DNA of 64,000 nt from Candidatus Latescibacterota bacterium (GCA_965207885.1 OZ242311.1:96001-160000), one strand, 5' to 3'. Numbered from the stretch's first letter, positions 9,258 to 26,200 are shown. Notes: generated by a model from the letters alone, not told the origin. Made by a program: numbers and translations.

Positions 9258-9348
9258 CGTCGCCAGTTGCTCACAAAAATACCGCCCTCCCGATATAGGA
9301 GAGCGGCATAGGATGGATTGGTGCTATGAACCGACGCCTGTATTCTTC
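9258..9348 (-). terminator. ~91-bp repeat, copy 2; terminator of the bioA-bioD-MTase-cupin operon
   Basis: Begins at the cupin stop codon; minus strand ATGCCGCTCTCC-TATATC-GGGAGGGCGGTA-TTTTT. Confidence 0.8.
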
Positions 9349-9650
9349 TATCCCTTCAGTTCCACAATAATATTCCGCCAGGGTCCATCCCCCACATTGA
9401 TAGCCTCGTGTACATCTTCGCCATCGACATCTCGCCATTGCACCTGCCCATCCACCATATCGCGGGCCTCGCGTTTGACGCCATCTGACGAGACACCCTG
9501 GAGCTTTCCCCCGCCGATAACCACGTACAAATAGTCATTCTCGTGCCGATGCATGCCCGTACTCTCGCCCGGGGCAAGCGCGAGATCCCAAACGCGCACG
9601 CGATCATTTTCAAAAAGTAATTTGGTCCCAATATCTTCAGATATATTCAT
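9348..9650 (-). CDS. Cupin-domain protein
   Basis: LLFENDRVRVWDLALAPGESTGMHRH..HEAINVG; AGGAG RBS. Confidence 0.85.
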   Translation of the reverse strand: MNISEDIGTKLLFENDRVRVWDLALAPGESTGMHRHENDYLYVVIGGGKLQGVSSDGVKREARDMVDGQVQWRDVDGEDVHEAINVGDGPWRNIIVELKG

Positions 9651-9674
9651 CTTTGATCTCCTGTAAGAAAAATG

Positions 9675-12806
<3,132 letters not shown>

Positions 12807-12867
12807 TTTTTTATTTGCCCTTCGCTTCAGGGCATGGCTCAGGACAGGCACACCGGTCCGCTTTGCT

Positions 12868-12900
12868 CCCCTTCCTTGTAGGAAGGGGCCGGGGGTAGGT
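12868..12900. repeat. REP-like palindromic element
   Basis: CCCCTTCCT-TGT-AGGAAGGGG hairpin followed by CCGGGGGTAGG in the spacer upstream of bioA. Confidence 0.5.
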
Positions 12901-12901
12901 C

Positions 12902-13888
12902 TCATCGTCCATCGCTCATCGCCGCGCCAACCTCCCGCGCAACCCGGGGGCGACGCAACTTCCAGATCATGCCATCGTAGATAAAATGCATAAACGACGT
13001 GCCATACGTAAAAACGAGAAAAAACGGAAGAGAAAGAAACTTGAGACCGTATAACAAGCCGCTGACCACAACAATAAAACCCGCAGTATAGGGCACAATA
13101 CGCTTTCCCGCCCGCGTCAGCACAGGCGACGCAAACGCATCGAGTTTTGCCTTATTGTGAACCGTAAGCGCGACAAGGGCAATATATTCCGCGGCATGGC
13201 TAAAACTGGTCGCAATAAAAAGCGCGTCTGACGACAAAATGGGCACAACGCCATACATGAACGCGACCGAAACAAAAAAAAGCAATTTCGGCCAGTTGAT
13301 CTGCGCGCCCCGAAACTCGTAAATAAGCCACGCAATAGTCACAGCAATAGCAGCGACATATATCCCCTGCGCCCCCACAGAGGGAAGCGGCGTACCGATA
13401 AGCGTATGCAAATAATGCATAACGCGACCTTCGACATCGGCCTGAAACGCAAACAGATACCCAAACCCCGCAATGCCCCAGAGATACGAAGTATAGGCAT
13501 CGAGCTGTTTGTGCCCCCATTGCCCCTTGCCGGAATAAATCCGCAAAATGCCGTACTTTTGACGCACAAAATGGAAATAATTAAAAAGATACCAGAACGC
13601 GAACATCTCGGGCTCTTCAACCCGAAAATAATAACACAGAGCGACAAACCCCAGACACAGCACCGGAGTTATGAGATAAATCAACCGCCGACGTTCAAAT
13701 TCAATGCGGTCGAGATAAACGAGGGGAAAGGTGAAATACCGGTGGGCAACAAATGACGTAACCGCAATGAGACGGAATGTCTCACTGAGGTCAGGGGACA
13801 GATAAGGCACGGCAAAAAAGACCAGCCACCCGAGCGAAATACAGCACAAATCGACAGACGGGGAAATAATCCAGTGAGATTTGTTCAT
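12902..13888 (-). CDS. Polytopic membrane protein of unknown function with His motifs
   Basis: About 9 hydrophobic segments; HRYFT, HFVRQKYG, HAAEY, HFIYDGMIWKLR. Confidence 0.75.
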   Translation of the reverse strand: MNKSHWIISPSVDLCCISLGWLVFFAVPYLSPDLSETFRLIAVTSFVAHRYFTFPLVYLDRIEFERRRLIYLITPVLCLGFVALCYYFRVEEPEMFAFWYLFNYFHFVRQKYGILRIYSGKGQWGHKQLDAYTSYLWGIAGFGYLFAFQADVEGRVMHYLHTLIGTPLPSVGAQGIYVAAIAVTIAWLIYEFRGAQINWPKLLFFVSVAFMYGVVPILSSDALFIATSFSHAAEYIALVALTVHNKAKLDAFASPVLTRAGKRIVPYTAGFIVVVSGLLYGLKFLSLPFFLVFTYGTSFMHFIYDGMIWKLRRPRVAREVGAAMSDGR

Positions 13889-13947
13889 GGCACATTTATT
13901 ATAGGAGCGCAGAAGAAATTTTTTTGGATAACAGAGTGTGTCAAAAG

Positions 13948-13970
13948 CAAGTATAGATTGCCTATACTTG
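13948..13970. promoter_or_regulatory. Perfect 9-bp inverted repeat in a divergent intergenic region (operator or terminator)
   Basis: CAAGTATAG-ATTGC-CTATACTTG, flanked by AAAAG and TTGTTTT. Confidence 0.5.
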
Positions 13971-14031
13971 TTGTTTTGGTGGGTACCTTATCAGCATGTA
14001 ATCCCGTGTGAAATTTATAAATAAAAGAAAC

Positions 14032-14060
14032 TTGCATGCGTCAGTAGGTATCTCTATATT
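14032..14060 (+). promoter_or_regulatory. sigma70-type promoter of the giant adhesin gene
   Basis: TTGCAT-N17-TATATT with an A/T-rich UP-like tract immediately upstream. Confidence 0.6.
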
Positions 14061-14267
14061 CCTTTACAGACACTCAAGCAGTAAAAACCGATCCTACACG
14101 GGTGTTTCGATACCCGTTTATCAGCATGGTTCCCAGACGCAGCGGTATGGAAATGGTCGCCCTGCTCAATGTGGTATTATACCACTTTCGGGATCTATTT
14201 GGAAGTCAATAATTTTGACTGTTCTGTGTCCAATGAAAATTACTTTAAATAAGCCTATTAAAAACAA

Positions 14268-17200
14268 ATGTTTACCCCCCCCCCCATAATCCGCTCGAAC
14301 TGGGAAAAACACCGCCCACCCAAACCGGATAAGCAGACGTGCTTTGCTCAGGGTGAATGCCCAAAGAGCGTCGTTGGCACGACCCGAACAGCTTCACGAG
14401 AAGCCAACGGGTGCAAAATTATCCTTTCTTTTTTCGTATTTCTGATTTTCATAGCCTTCGGCTCAATACCCGCAAAAGCGCAATCCTTCTCTATCGCAGA
14501 TGTAAATGTCGCCGAAGGCAGTGTAGCCACATTCACCGTAACACGAAGTGGTGCAACAGGCACGACGGTCTCTGTCAAATGGAACACAGCCAATGATGCA
14601 GACGGTGATGATCCAGCAGAAGCCAATGACTATACGGCACAAACAACGAAGCAGACGTTGAACTTTGCGATAGGCGATGCCAGTAAGACCTTCACGGTTG
14701 CCACGACTGATGATGCTGTGGATGAGAATAATGAAACCTTCCTTGTGCTACTGAGTGAGGCCAGCGGTGCGACCATCTCCGATGCAGAGGCAGTAGGCAC
14801 CATTACCGATGACGATCATGCCGGTATGATGGTGAATGACTCCGCTACCTTTGTCGGTGAGAGCCTCTCCCGCCCTCATACAGTGTGGCTAACGTCCGAG
14901 CCGACCGACGATGTCACCGTTACCGTGACGGTGGACGACGAGAATTTTCTCACCGCGTCTCCGGAGATGCTCACCTTCACGACGCAAAACTGGAATACAG
15001 CCCAGACGGTCACCATTACGCCCGTAGACGACGACGTTTTCCGTGGCTTTCCGTGGAAAAGTTTTACGTACACGGCGGCGGGCGGCGGATACGACGACTT
15101 CACACATACAGTTAGAGTGCAAATTTGGGATAACGACCTATGGGAGTGGAGAACCTATCCCGAAGCTTCCATACAAAATGAAAGCTTCCGTCTGGGCCCG
15201 GCTAGTTTTGAGACCTCATTAATTTACACCCTGGAATCCCGCAATGAGAACTTGGCAACGGTCTCACCGTCATCATTCACCGTCACTCATAATGAAAATC
15301 CCCCACCCGATTTTTCTGGAGACTACCCCCAAGAATTCACGGTGACCATACTCGACAATGACCTCGTGGGAGACCAGACCGTAGAGCTCTTGGGAACGTT
15401 TATCCGCCCCTCCCCAACCCACCCCCCAAACTACAGGGTCTTTCCCCCGCTTTTAATAACAATCACGGACAATGACCGTGGGGTTAGCCTTTCCGCCAAT
15501 CCGAACCCGGTTCCCGAAGGGTCGAGCGTCACGGTGACGGCGACACTCACCAGGGCCCTGGCAGATACGGTGGGGACGATCCCGGTGACGATCCCGGTGA
15601 CGCTCACGGCGGGCACGGCGGAGTCTGGCGATTTCGGTTCGCTCGCTAATATTAATATTACGATTGCGCGCGCACAGGCATCGGGCACCGGAACCATCTC
15701 CATTACTAATGATGCTATAGATGAAATCAATGAGACGTTCTCGGTGGGACTGGGGACACTTCCATCGCAGTTTCAGCCGGGAAGCCCCAACTCGGTTGAA
15801 GTGACCATTACGGATGACGATACGAAAGGCGTGACAGTAGCGCCTACAAGTCTGACCGTGACGGAAGCGGCAGGCACCACACACACGGCAACTTATACAG
15901 TGGTGCTGACTTCACAGCCTACTGGCAATGTAACAGTAGAAGTAGAAAGTGATGACACAGACGCAGCGACGGTGGATGAATCAACATTGACCTTTTCGAC
16001 CAGTGATTGGAGCACGGCGCAGACAGTGACCGTGACGGGAGTGGATAATAATGTAGATGACGGCACAAGCCGCAGTGCAACGGTTGAACACACCGTCAGT
16101 GGAGCGGACTATGCAGGTGAAGATGCTTCAGATGTAGATGTGACTGTAACCGATGATGATGCGGCACCTTCCTTCTCTATCGCAGATGTAAGTGTCACCG
16201 AAGGCAGTGCAGCCACGTTCACCGTGACCCGTTCAGGTGCGACAGGCACGACGGTCTCTGTCAAATGGAACACCGCCAATGATGCAGACGGTGATGATCC
16301 GGCAGAAGCCAATGACTATACGGCAGTCTCTACGAAACAGACACTGAGCTTTGGTGTGGGTGTAACGAGTCTGACGTTTAATGTTCAGACAACAAATGAT
16401 TCTGTAGATGAAGGTGATGAGACCTTCCTTGTCCAACTGAGTGAGGCCAGCGCAGGCACATCAATCACCGACGATGAGGCCGTAGGGACAATCACGGATA
16501 ATGATACGAAAGGTGTGACGGTAGATCCTACAAGTCTGACCGTGACGGAAGCGGCAGGCAGCACACGCACAGCAACCTATACGGTGGTGCTAACTTCACA
16601 ACCTACGGGCAACGTAACAGTAGAAGTAGCAAGTGATGACACAGACGCAGCGACAGTGGATAAGTCCCGTTTGACCTTTTCGACAAGCACCTGGAGCACG
16701 GCGCAGACGGTTACAGTGACGGGAGTGGATAATCAGCTTGATGATGGCACAAGTCGTAGTGCAACGGTTGAACACACGGTCAGTGGTGCGGACTATGCAG
16801 GTGTAGATGCTTCAGATGTAGATGTGACTGTAACCGATGATGATGCGGCACCTTCCTTCTCTATCGCAGATGTAAGTGTCACCGAAGGCAGTGCAGCCAC
16901 GTTCACCGTGATACGAAGTGGTGCGACAGGCACGACGGTCTCTGTCAAATGGAACACTGCCAATGATGCAAGTGGCACAGACCCGGCAGAAGCCAATGAC
17001 TATACGGCGGTCTCTACGAAACAGACACTGAACTTTGCGATAGGCGATGCCAGTAAGACGTTTAATGTTCAGACAACGAATGATTCTGTGGACGAGGATG
17101 ATGAGACGTTCCTTGTCCAACTAAGTGAGGCCACTGGTGCGACCATCTCCACAGCGACAGCGACTGGCACTATCACGGATAATGACACAAAAGGTGTGAC

Positions 17201-20200
17201 AGTAGCTCCGACGAGTCTGACCGTGACAGAAGCGGCAGGCAGTACACGCACGGCGACTTATACGGTGGTGCTGACTTCACAGCCTACTGGCAATGTAACA
17301 GTAGAAGTAGAAAGTGATGACACAGACGCAGCGACGGTGGATGAATCAACATTGACCTTTTCGACCAGTGATTGGAGCACGGCGCAGACAGTGACCGTGA
17401 CGGGAGTGGATAATAATGTAGATGACGGCACAAGCCGCAGTGCAACGGTTGAACACACGGTCAGTGGAGCGGACTATGCAGGTGAAGATGCTCCAGATGT
17501 AGATGTGACTGTAACCGATGATGATGCGGCACCTTCCTTCTCTATCGCAGATGTAAGTGTCACCGAAGGCAGTACAGCCACGTTCACCGTGATACGAAGT
17601 GGTGCGACAGGCACGACGGTCTCTGTCAAATGGAACACCGCCAATGATGCAACCGGTGATGATCCAGCAGAGGCCAATGACTACACAGCACAAACAACGA
17701 AACAGACACTGAGCTTTGGTGTGGGTATAACGAGTCTAACGTTTAGTGTTCAGACAACGAATGATTCTGTGGATGAGGATGATGAGACCTTCCTTGTCCA
17801 ACTGAGTGAGGCCAGCGCAGGCACATCAATCACCGACGATGAGGCCGTAGGGACAATCACGGATAATGACACAAAAGGCGTGACGGTAGCTCCGACGAGT
17901 CTGACCGTGACGGAAGCGGCAGGCACCACACGCACGGCGACCTATACGGTGGTGCTAACTTCACAACCTACGGGCAACGTAACAGTAGAAGTCGCCAGCG
18001 ATGACACAGACGCAGCGACAGTGGATAAGTCCCGTTTGACCTTTTCGACAAGCACCTGGAGCACAGCACAGACGGTTACAGTGACAGGTGTGGATAATCA
18101 GCTTGATGATGGCACAAGTCGTAGTGCAACGGTTGAACACACCGTCAGTGGTGCGGACTATGCAGGTGAAGATGCTTCAGATGTGGATGTGACTGTGACT
18201 GATGACGATGCAGCACCTACCTTCTCTATTGCAGATGTAAGTGTCACCGAAGGCAGTGTAGCCACGTTCACCGTGACACGAAGTGGTGCGACAGGCACGA
18301 CGGTCTCTGTCAAATGGAACACCGCCAATGATGCAGACGGTGATGATCCAGCAGAATCGAATGACTACACAGCACAAACAACGAAACAGACACTGAGCTT
18401 TGGTGTGGGTATAACGAGTCTAACGTTTAGTGTTCAGACAACGAATGATTCTGTGGATGAGGATGATGAGACCTTCCTTGTCCAACTGAGTGAGGCCAGC
18501 GCAGGCACATCAATCACCGACGATGAGGCCGTAGGGACAATCACGGATAATGACACAAAAGGTGTGACAGTAGCTCCGACGAGTCTGACCGTGACGGAAG
18601 CGGCAGGCAGTACACGCACGGCAACTTATACGGTGGTGCTGACTTCGCAACCTACGGGCAATGTAACAGTAGAAGTCGCCAGTGACGATACAGACGCAGC
18701 GACGGTGGATAAGTCCCGTTTGACTTTTTCGACAAGCACCTGGAGCACAGCGCAAACAGTGACCGTGACAGGAGTAGATAATAATGTAGATGATGGAGCC
18801 AGTCGCAGTGCGACGATTGAAAATGAGGTCAGTGGTGCAGATTATGCATCTGTGGAGGCTTCAGATGTAGATGTCACCGTAACTGATGATGATGCAGCAC
18901 CTACCTTCTCTATTGCAGATGTAAGTGTCACCGAAGGTAGTGCAGCCACATTCACCGTAACACGAAGTGGTGCGACAGGTACGACGGTCTCTGTGAAGTG
19001 GAACACCGCCAATGATGCCAGTGGCACAGACCCGGCAGAAGCCAATGACTATACAGCACAGACAACGAAGCAGACGTTGAACTTTGCGATAGGTGATGCC
19101 AGTAAGACCTTCACGGTTGCCACGACGAATGATGCTGTAGATGAAGGTGATGAGACCTTCCTTGTGCAACTGAGTGAGGCCACTGGTGCGACCATCACCG
19201 ATGCAGAGGCAGTAGGGACAATCACGGATAATGACACAAAAGGCGTGACAGTAGATCCGACAAGTGTGACCGTGACGGAAGCGGCAGGCAGTACACGCAC
19301 GGCGACCTACACAGTGGTGCTGACCTCACAGCCTACTGGCAATGTAACAGTAGAAGTAGCAAGTGATGACACAGACGCAGCGACAGTGGATAAGTCCCGT
19401 TTGACCTTTTCGACAAGCACCTGGAGCACGGCGCAGACGGTTACAGTGACGGGAGTGGATAATCAGCTTGATGATGGCACAAGTCGTAGTGCAACGGTTG
19501 AACACACGGTCAGTGGTGCGGACTATGCAGGTGTAGATGCTTCAGATGTAGATGTGACTGTAACCGATGATGATGCGGCACCTTCCTTCTCTATCGCAGA
19601 TGTAAGTGTCACCGAAGGCAGTGCAGCCACGTTCACCGTGATACGAAGTGGTGCGACAGGCACGACGGTCTCTGTCAAATGGAACACTGCCAATGATGCA
19701 GACGGTGATGATCCAGCAGAAGCCAATGACTATACGGCGGTTTCTACGAAACAGACACTGAGCTTTGGTGTGGGTGTAACGAGTCTAACGTTTAGTGTTC
19801 AGACAACGAATGATGCTGTAGATGAAGGTGATGAGACGTTTCTTGTCCAACTGAGTGAGGCCACTGGTGCGACCATCTCCACAGCGACAGCGACTGGCAC
19901 CATTACCGATAATGATACGAAAGGCGTGACGGTAGCACCTACAAGTGTGACCGTGACAGAAGCGGCAGGCAGTACACGCACGGCGACCTACACAGTGGTG
20001 CTGACCTCACAGCCTACTGGCAATGTAACAGTAGAAGTAGCAAGTGATGACACAGACGCAGCAACGGTGGATGAATCCCGTTTGACTTTTTCGACAAGCA
20101 CCTGGAGCACAGCACAAACAGTGACCGTGACAGGTGTGGATAATCAGCTTGATGATGGAACCAGCCGCAGTGCAACGGTTGAACACACCGTCAGTGGTGC

Positions 20201-23200
20201 GGACTATGCAGGTGTAGATGCTTCAGATGTAGATGTGACTGTGACTGATGACGATGCAGCACCTACCTTCTCTATCGCAGATGTAAGTGTCACCGAAGGC
20301 AGTGCAGCCACATTCACCGTGACACGAAGTGGTGCAACAGGCACGACGGTCTCTGTCAAATGGAACACTGCCAATGATGCAACCGGTGATGATCCAGCAG
20401 AGGCCAATGACTACACAGCACAAACAACGAAACAGACACTGAGCTTTGGTGTGGGTATAACGAGTCTAACGTTTAGTGTTCAGACAACGAATGATTCTGT
20501 GGATGAGGATGATGAGACCTTCCTTGTCCAACTGAGTGAGGCGAGCACAGGCACATCAATCACCGACGATGAGGCCGTAGGGACAATCACGGATAATGAC
20601 ACAAAAGGTGTGACAGTAGCTCCGACGAGTCTGACCGTGACGGAAGCGGCAGGCACCACACGCACGGCGACCTACACAGTGGTGCTGACCTCACAGCCTA
20701 CTGGCAATGTAACAGTAGAAGTCGCCAGCGATGATACAGACGCAGCAACGGTGGATAAGTCCCGTTTGACTTTTTCGACAAGCACCTGGAGCACAGCACA
20801 GACGGTTACAGTCACGGGAGTGGATAATAATGTAGATGATGGAGCCAGTCGCAGTGCAACGGTTGAACACACGGTCAGTGGTGCGGACTATGCAGGTGTA
20901 GATGCTTCAGATGTAGATGTGACTGTGACTGATGACGATGCAGAACCTACCTTCTCTATCGCAGATGTGAGTGTTACCGAAGGCAGTGCAGCCACGTTCA
21001 CCGTGATACGAAGTGGTGCGACAGGCACGACGGTCTCTGTCAAGTGGAACACTGCCAATGATGGTGATGGGGATGATCCGGCAGAAGCCAATGACTATAC
21101 GGCGGTCTCTACGAAACAGACACTGAGCTTTGGTGTGGGTGTAACGAGTCAGACGTTTAATGTCCAGACGACGAATGATGCTGTAGATGAAGATGATGAG
21201 ACGTTCCTTGTGCAACTAAGTGAGGCCACTGGTGCGACCATCTCCACAGCGACAGCGACTGGCACTATCACGGATAATGATACGAAAGGTGTGACGGTAG
21301 ATCCTACAAGTCTGACCGTGACGGAAGCGGCAGGCAGCACACGCACAGCAACCTACACAGTGGTGCTGACCTCACAGCCTACTGGCAATGTAACAGTAGA
21401 AGTAGCAAGTGATGACACAGACGCAGCAACGGTGGATGAATCCCGTTTGACTTTTTCGACAAGCACCTGGAGCACAGCACAAACAGTGACCGTGACAGGT
21501 GTGGATAATCAGCTTGATGATGGAACCAGCCGCAGTGCAACGGTTGAACACACCGTCAGTGGTGCGGACTATGCAGGTGTAGATGCTTCAGATGTAGATG
21601 TGACTGTGACTGATGACGATGCAGCACCTACCTTCTCTATCGCAGATGTGAGTGTCACCGAAGGCAGTGCAGCCACGTTCACAGTGATACGAAGTGGTGC
21701 AACAGGCACGGCGGTCTCTGTCAAATGGAACACTGCCAATGATGGTGATGGGGATGATCCAGCAGAGGCCAATGACTACACAGCACAAACAACGAAACAG
21801 ACACTGAGCTTTGGTGCGAATGATGCGATTAAGACCTTCACGGTTGCCACGACGAATGATGCTGTGGATGAGGATGATGAGACGTTCCTTGTGCAATTAA
21901 GCGAGGCCAGCGCAGGCACATCAATCACCGATGATGAGGCCGTAGGGACAATCACGGATAATGATACAAAAGGTGTGACAGTAGCTCCGACGAGTCTGAC
22001 CGTGACGGAGGCAGCAGGCAACACACGCACAGCGACTTATACGGTGGTGCTGACTTCGCAGCCGACGGGTAATGTAACAGTAGAAGTAGAAAGTGACGAT
22101 ACAGACGCAGCGACGGTGGATGAATCAACATTGATCTTCTCGACCAGTGATTGGAGCACAGCGCAGACAGTGACCGTGACAGGTGTGGATAATCAGCTTG
22201 ATGATGGAGCCAGTCGTAGTGCGACGATTGAACACATGGTCAGTGGTGCAGATTATGCAGGTGAAGATGCTTCAGATGTGGATGTGACTGTAACCGATGA
22301 TGATACGGCTCCCGCGTTTTCAATAGGTGATGTGAGTGTCACCGAAGGTAGTGTAGCCACATTCACCGTGACCCGTTCAGGTGCTCTTGGCAGTGTTGCA
22401 TCCGTGAAGTGGAACACAGCCGATGATGCCAGTGGCACAGACCCAGCAGAAGCCAATGACTACACAGCACAGACGAGCAAGCAGACACTGAACTTTGGTG
22501 CGAATGATGCGATTAAGACCTTCACGGTTGCCACGACGAATGATGCTGTAGATGAAGGTGATGAGACCTTCCTTGTGGAACTGAGTGAGGCCACTGGTGC
22601 GACCATCTCCGATGCAGAGGCCGTAGGCACCATTACCGATAACGATACAAAAGGAGTGACGGTAACACCTACAAGTGTGACTGTGACGGAGGCAGCGGGC
22701 ACCACGCGCACGGCAACTTATACGGTGGTGCTAACTTCACAACCTACGGGCAACGTAACAGTAGAAGTAGAAAGTGACGATACAGACGCAGCGACGGTGG
22801 ATGAGTCCCGTTTGACCTTCTCAACAAGCACCTGGAGCACAGCACAGACGGTTACAGTGACGGGAGTGGATAATAATGTAGATGATGGCACAAGTCGTAG
22901 TGCGACGGTTGAACACACCGTCAGTGGCGCAGATTATGCTTCTGTACAGGCTTCAGATGTAGATGTCACCGTAACTGATGATGATGCAGCACCTACCTTC
23001 TCTATCGCAGATGTGAGTGTTACCGAAGGTAGTGCAGCCACGTTCACCGTGACACGAAGTGGTGCGACAGGCACGACGGTCTCTGTCAAGTGGAACACTG
23101 CCAATGATGCAGACGGTGATGATCCGGCAGAAGCCAATGACTATACGGCGGTCTCTACGAAACAGACACTGAGCTTTGGTGTGGGTGTAACGAGTCTGAC

Positions 23201-26200
23201 GTTTAATGTTCAGACAACAAATGATTCTGTAGATGAAGGTGATGAGACCTTCCTTGTGCAATTAAGCGAGGCCACTGGTGCGACCATCTCCACAGCGACA
23301 GCGACTGGCACTATCACGGATAATGACACAAAAGGTGTGACAGTAGCTCCGACGAGTCTGACCGTGACAGAAGCGGCAGGCAGTACACGCACGGCGACCT
23401 ACACAGTGGTGCTGACCTCACAGCCTACTGGCAATGTAACAGTAGAAGTCGCCAGCGATGACACAGACGCAGCAACGGTGGATAAGTCCCGTTTGATCTT
23501 TTCGACAAGCACCTGGAACACAGCACAAACAGTGACAGTGACAGGTGTGGATAATCAGCTTGATGATGGAGCCAGTCGCAGTGCAACGGTTGAACACACC
23601 GTCAGTGGAGCGGACTATGCAGGTGTAGATGCTTCGGATGTGGATGTGACTGTGACTGATGACGATGCAGCACCTACCTTCTCTATCGCAGATGTAAGTG
23701 TCACCGAAGGCAGTGCAGCCACATTCACCGTAACCCGCAGTGGTGCAACAGGCACGGCGGTCTCTGTCAAATGGAACACTGCCAATGATGCAACCGGTGA
23801 TGATCCAGCAGAGGCCAATGACTACACAGCACAAACAACGAAACAGACACTGAGCTTTGGTGTGGGTATAACGAGTCTAACGTTTAATGTTCAGACAACG
23901 AATGATTCTGTGGACGAGGATGATGAGACGTTCCTTGTGGAACTGAGTGAGGCCACTGGTGCGACCATCTCCACAGCGACAGCGACTGGCACTATCACGG
24001 ATAATGATACGAAAGGTGTGACGGTAGATCCTACAAGTCTGACCGTGACGGAAGCGGCAGGCAGCACACGCACAGCAACCTATACGGTGGTGCTAACTTC
24101 ACAACCTACGGGCAACGTAACAGTAGAAGTAGCAAGTGATGACACAGACGCAGCGACAGTGGATAAGTCCCGTTTGACCTTCTCGACAAGCACCTGGAGC
24201 ACGGCGCAGACGGTTACAGTGACAGGTGTGGATAATCAGCTTGATGATGGCACAAGTCGTAGTGCAACGGTTGAACACACCGTCAGTGGTGCAGATTATG
24301 CAGGTGAAGATGCTTCAGATGTGGATGTGACTGTGACAGATGACGATGCAGCACCTACCTTCTCTATCGCAGATGTGAGTGTCACCGAAGGCAGTGCAGC
24401 CACATTCACCGTAACCCGCAGTGGTGCAACAGGCACGGCGGTCTCTGTCAAGTGGAACACTGCCGATGATGCAAGTGGCACAGACCCAGCAGAATCGAAT
24501 GACTATACAGCACAGACGAGCAAGCAGACGTTGAATTTTGCGATAGGTGATGCCAGTAAGACCTTCACGGTTGCCACGACGAATGATGCTGTGGATGAAG
24601 GTGATGAGACGTTCCTTGTCCAACTGAGTGAGGCTACTGGTGCGACCATCTCCGATGCAGAGGCCGTAGGAACCATTACGGATAATGATACGAAAGGAGT
24701 GACGGTAGCTCCGACAAGTCTGACCGTGACGGAAGCGGCAGGCAGTACACGCACAGCAACCTATACGGTGGTGCTGACTTCACAGCCTACTGGCAATGTA
24801 ACAGTAGAAGTAGAAAGTGACGATACAGATATAGCGACGGTGGATGAATCAACATTGACCTTTTCGACAAGCACCTGGAGCACAGCGCAGACGGTTACAG
24901 TGACGGGAGTGGATAATAATGTAGATGATGGCACAAGTCGTAGTGCAACGGTTGAACACACCGTCAGTGGAGCGGACTATGCAGGTGAAGATGCTTCAGA
25001 TGTGGATGTGACTGTAACCGATGACGATGCAGCACCTACTTTCTCTATTGCAGATGTAAGTGTCACCGAAGGTAGTGCAGCCACGTTCACCGTAACACGA
25101 AGTGGTGCGACAGGCACGACGGTCTCTGTCAAATGGAACACCGCCAATGATGCCAGTGGCACAGACCCGGCAGAAGCCAATGACTATACAGCACAGACAA
25201 CGAAGCAGACGTTGAACTTTGCGATAGGTGATGCCAGTAAGACCTTCACGGTTGCCACGACGAATGATGCTGTAGATGAAGGTGATGAGACGTTCCTTGT
25301 GCAACTGAGTGAGGCCACTGGTGCGACCATCTCCACAGCGACAGCGACTGGCACTATCACGGATAATGACACAAAAGGCGTGACAGTAGAGCCGACAAGT
25401 GTGACCGTGACGGAAGCGGCAGGCAGTACACGCACGGCGACTTATACGGTGGTGCTGACCTCACAGCCTACTGGCAATGTAACAGTAGAAGTCGCCAGCG
25501 ATGACACAGACGCAGCGACAGTGGATAAGTCCCGTTTGACCTTTTCGACAAGCACCTGGAGCACGGCGCAGACGGTTACAGTGACGGGAGTGGATAATCA
25601 GTTTGATGATGGCACAAGTCGTAGTGCAACGGTTGAACACACCGTCAGTGGTGCGGACTATGCAGGTATAGATGCTTCAGATGTAGATGTGACTGTGACT
25701 GATGACGATGCAGCACCTACCTTCTCTATTGCAGATGTGAGTGTTACCGAAGGTAGTGCTGCCACATTCACCGTGACCCGGAGTGGTGCAACAGGCACGA
25801 CGGTCTCTGTGAAGTGGAACACCGCCAATGATGCAACCGGTGATGATCCGGCAGAGGCCAATGACTACACAGCACAAACAACGAAACAGACACTGAGCTT
25901 TGGTGCGAATGATGCGATTAAGACCTTCACGGTTGCCACGACGAATGATGCTGTGGATGAGGATGATGAGACGTTCCTTGTCCAACTGAGTGAGGCCAGC
26001 GCAGGCACATCAATCACCGATGCAGAGGCCGTAGGGACAATCACGGATAATGATACGAAAGGTGTGACGGTAGATCCTACAAGTCTGACCGTGACGGAGG
26101 CTGCTGGCACCACACGCACAGCAACCTATACGGTGGTGCTTACGAGCCAGCCGACGGGCAACGTGACAGTAGAAGTAGCAAGTGATGACACAGACGCAGC

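Noticed and set aside
8029-9348. The 91-bp repeats as integron attC sites or IS ends
   Set aside because: No clear RYYYAAC..GTTRRRY box structure, no terminal inverted repeats, no integrase or transposase; the hairpin plus T-run fits a terminator
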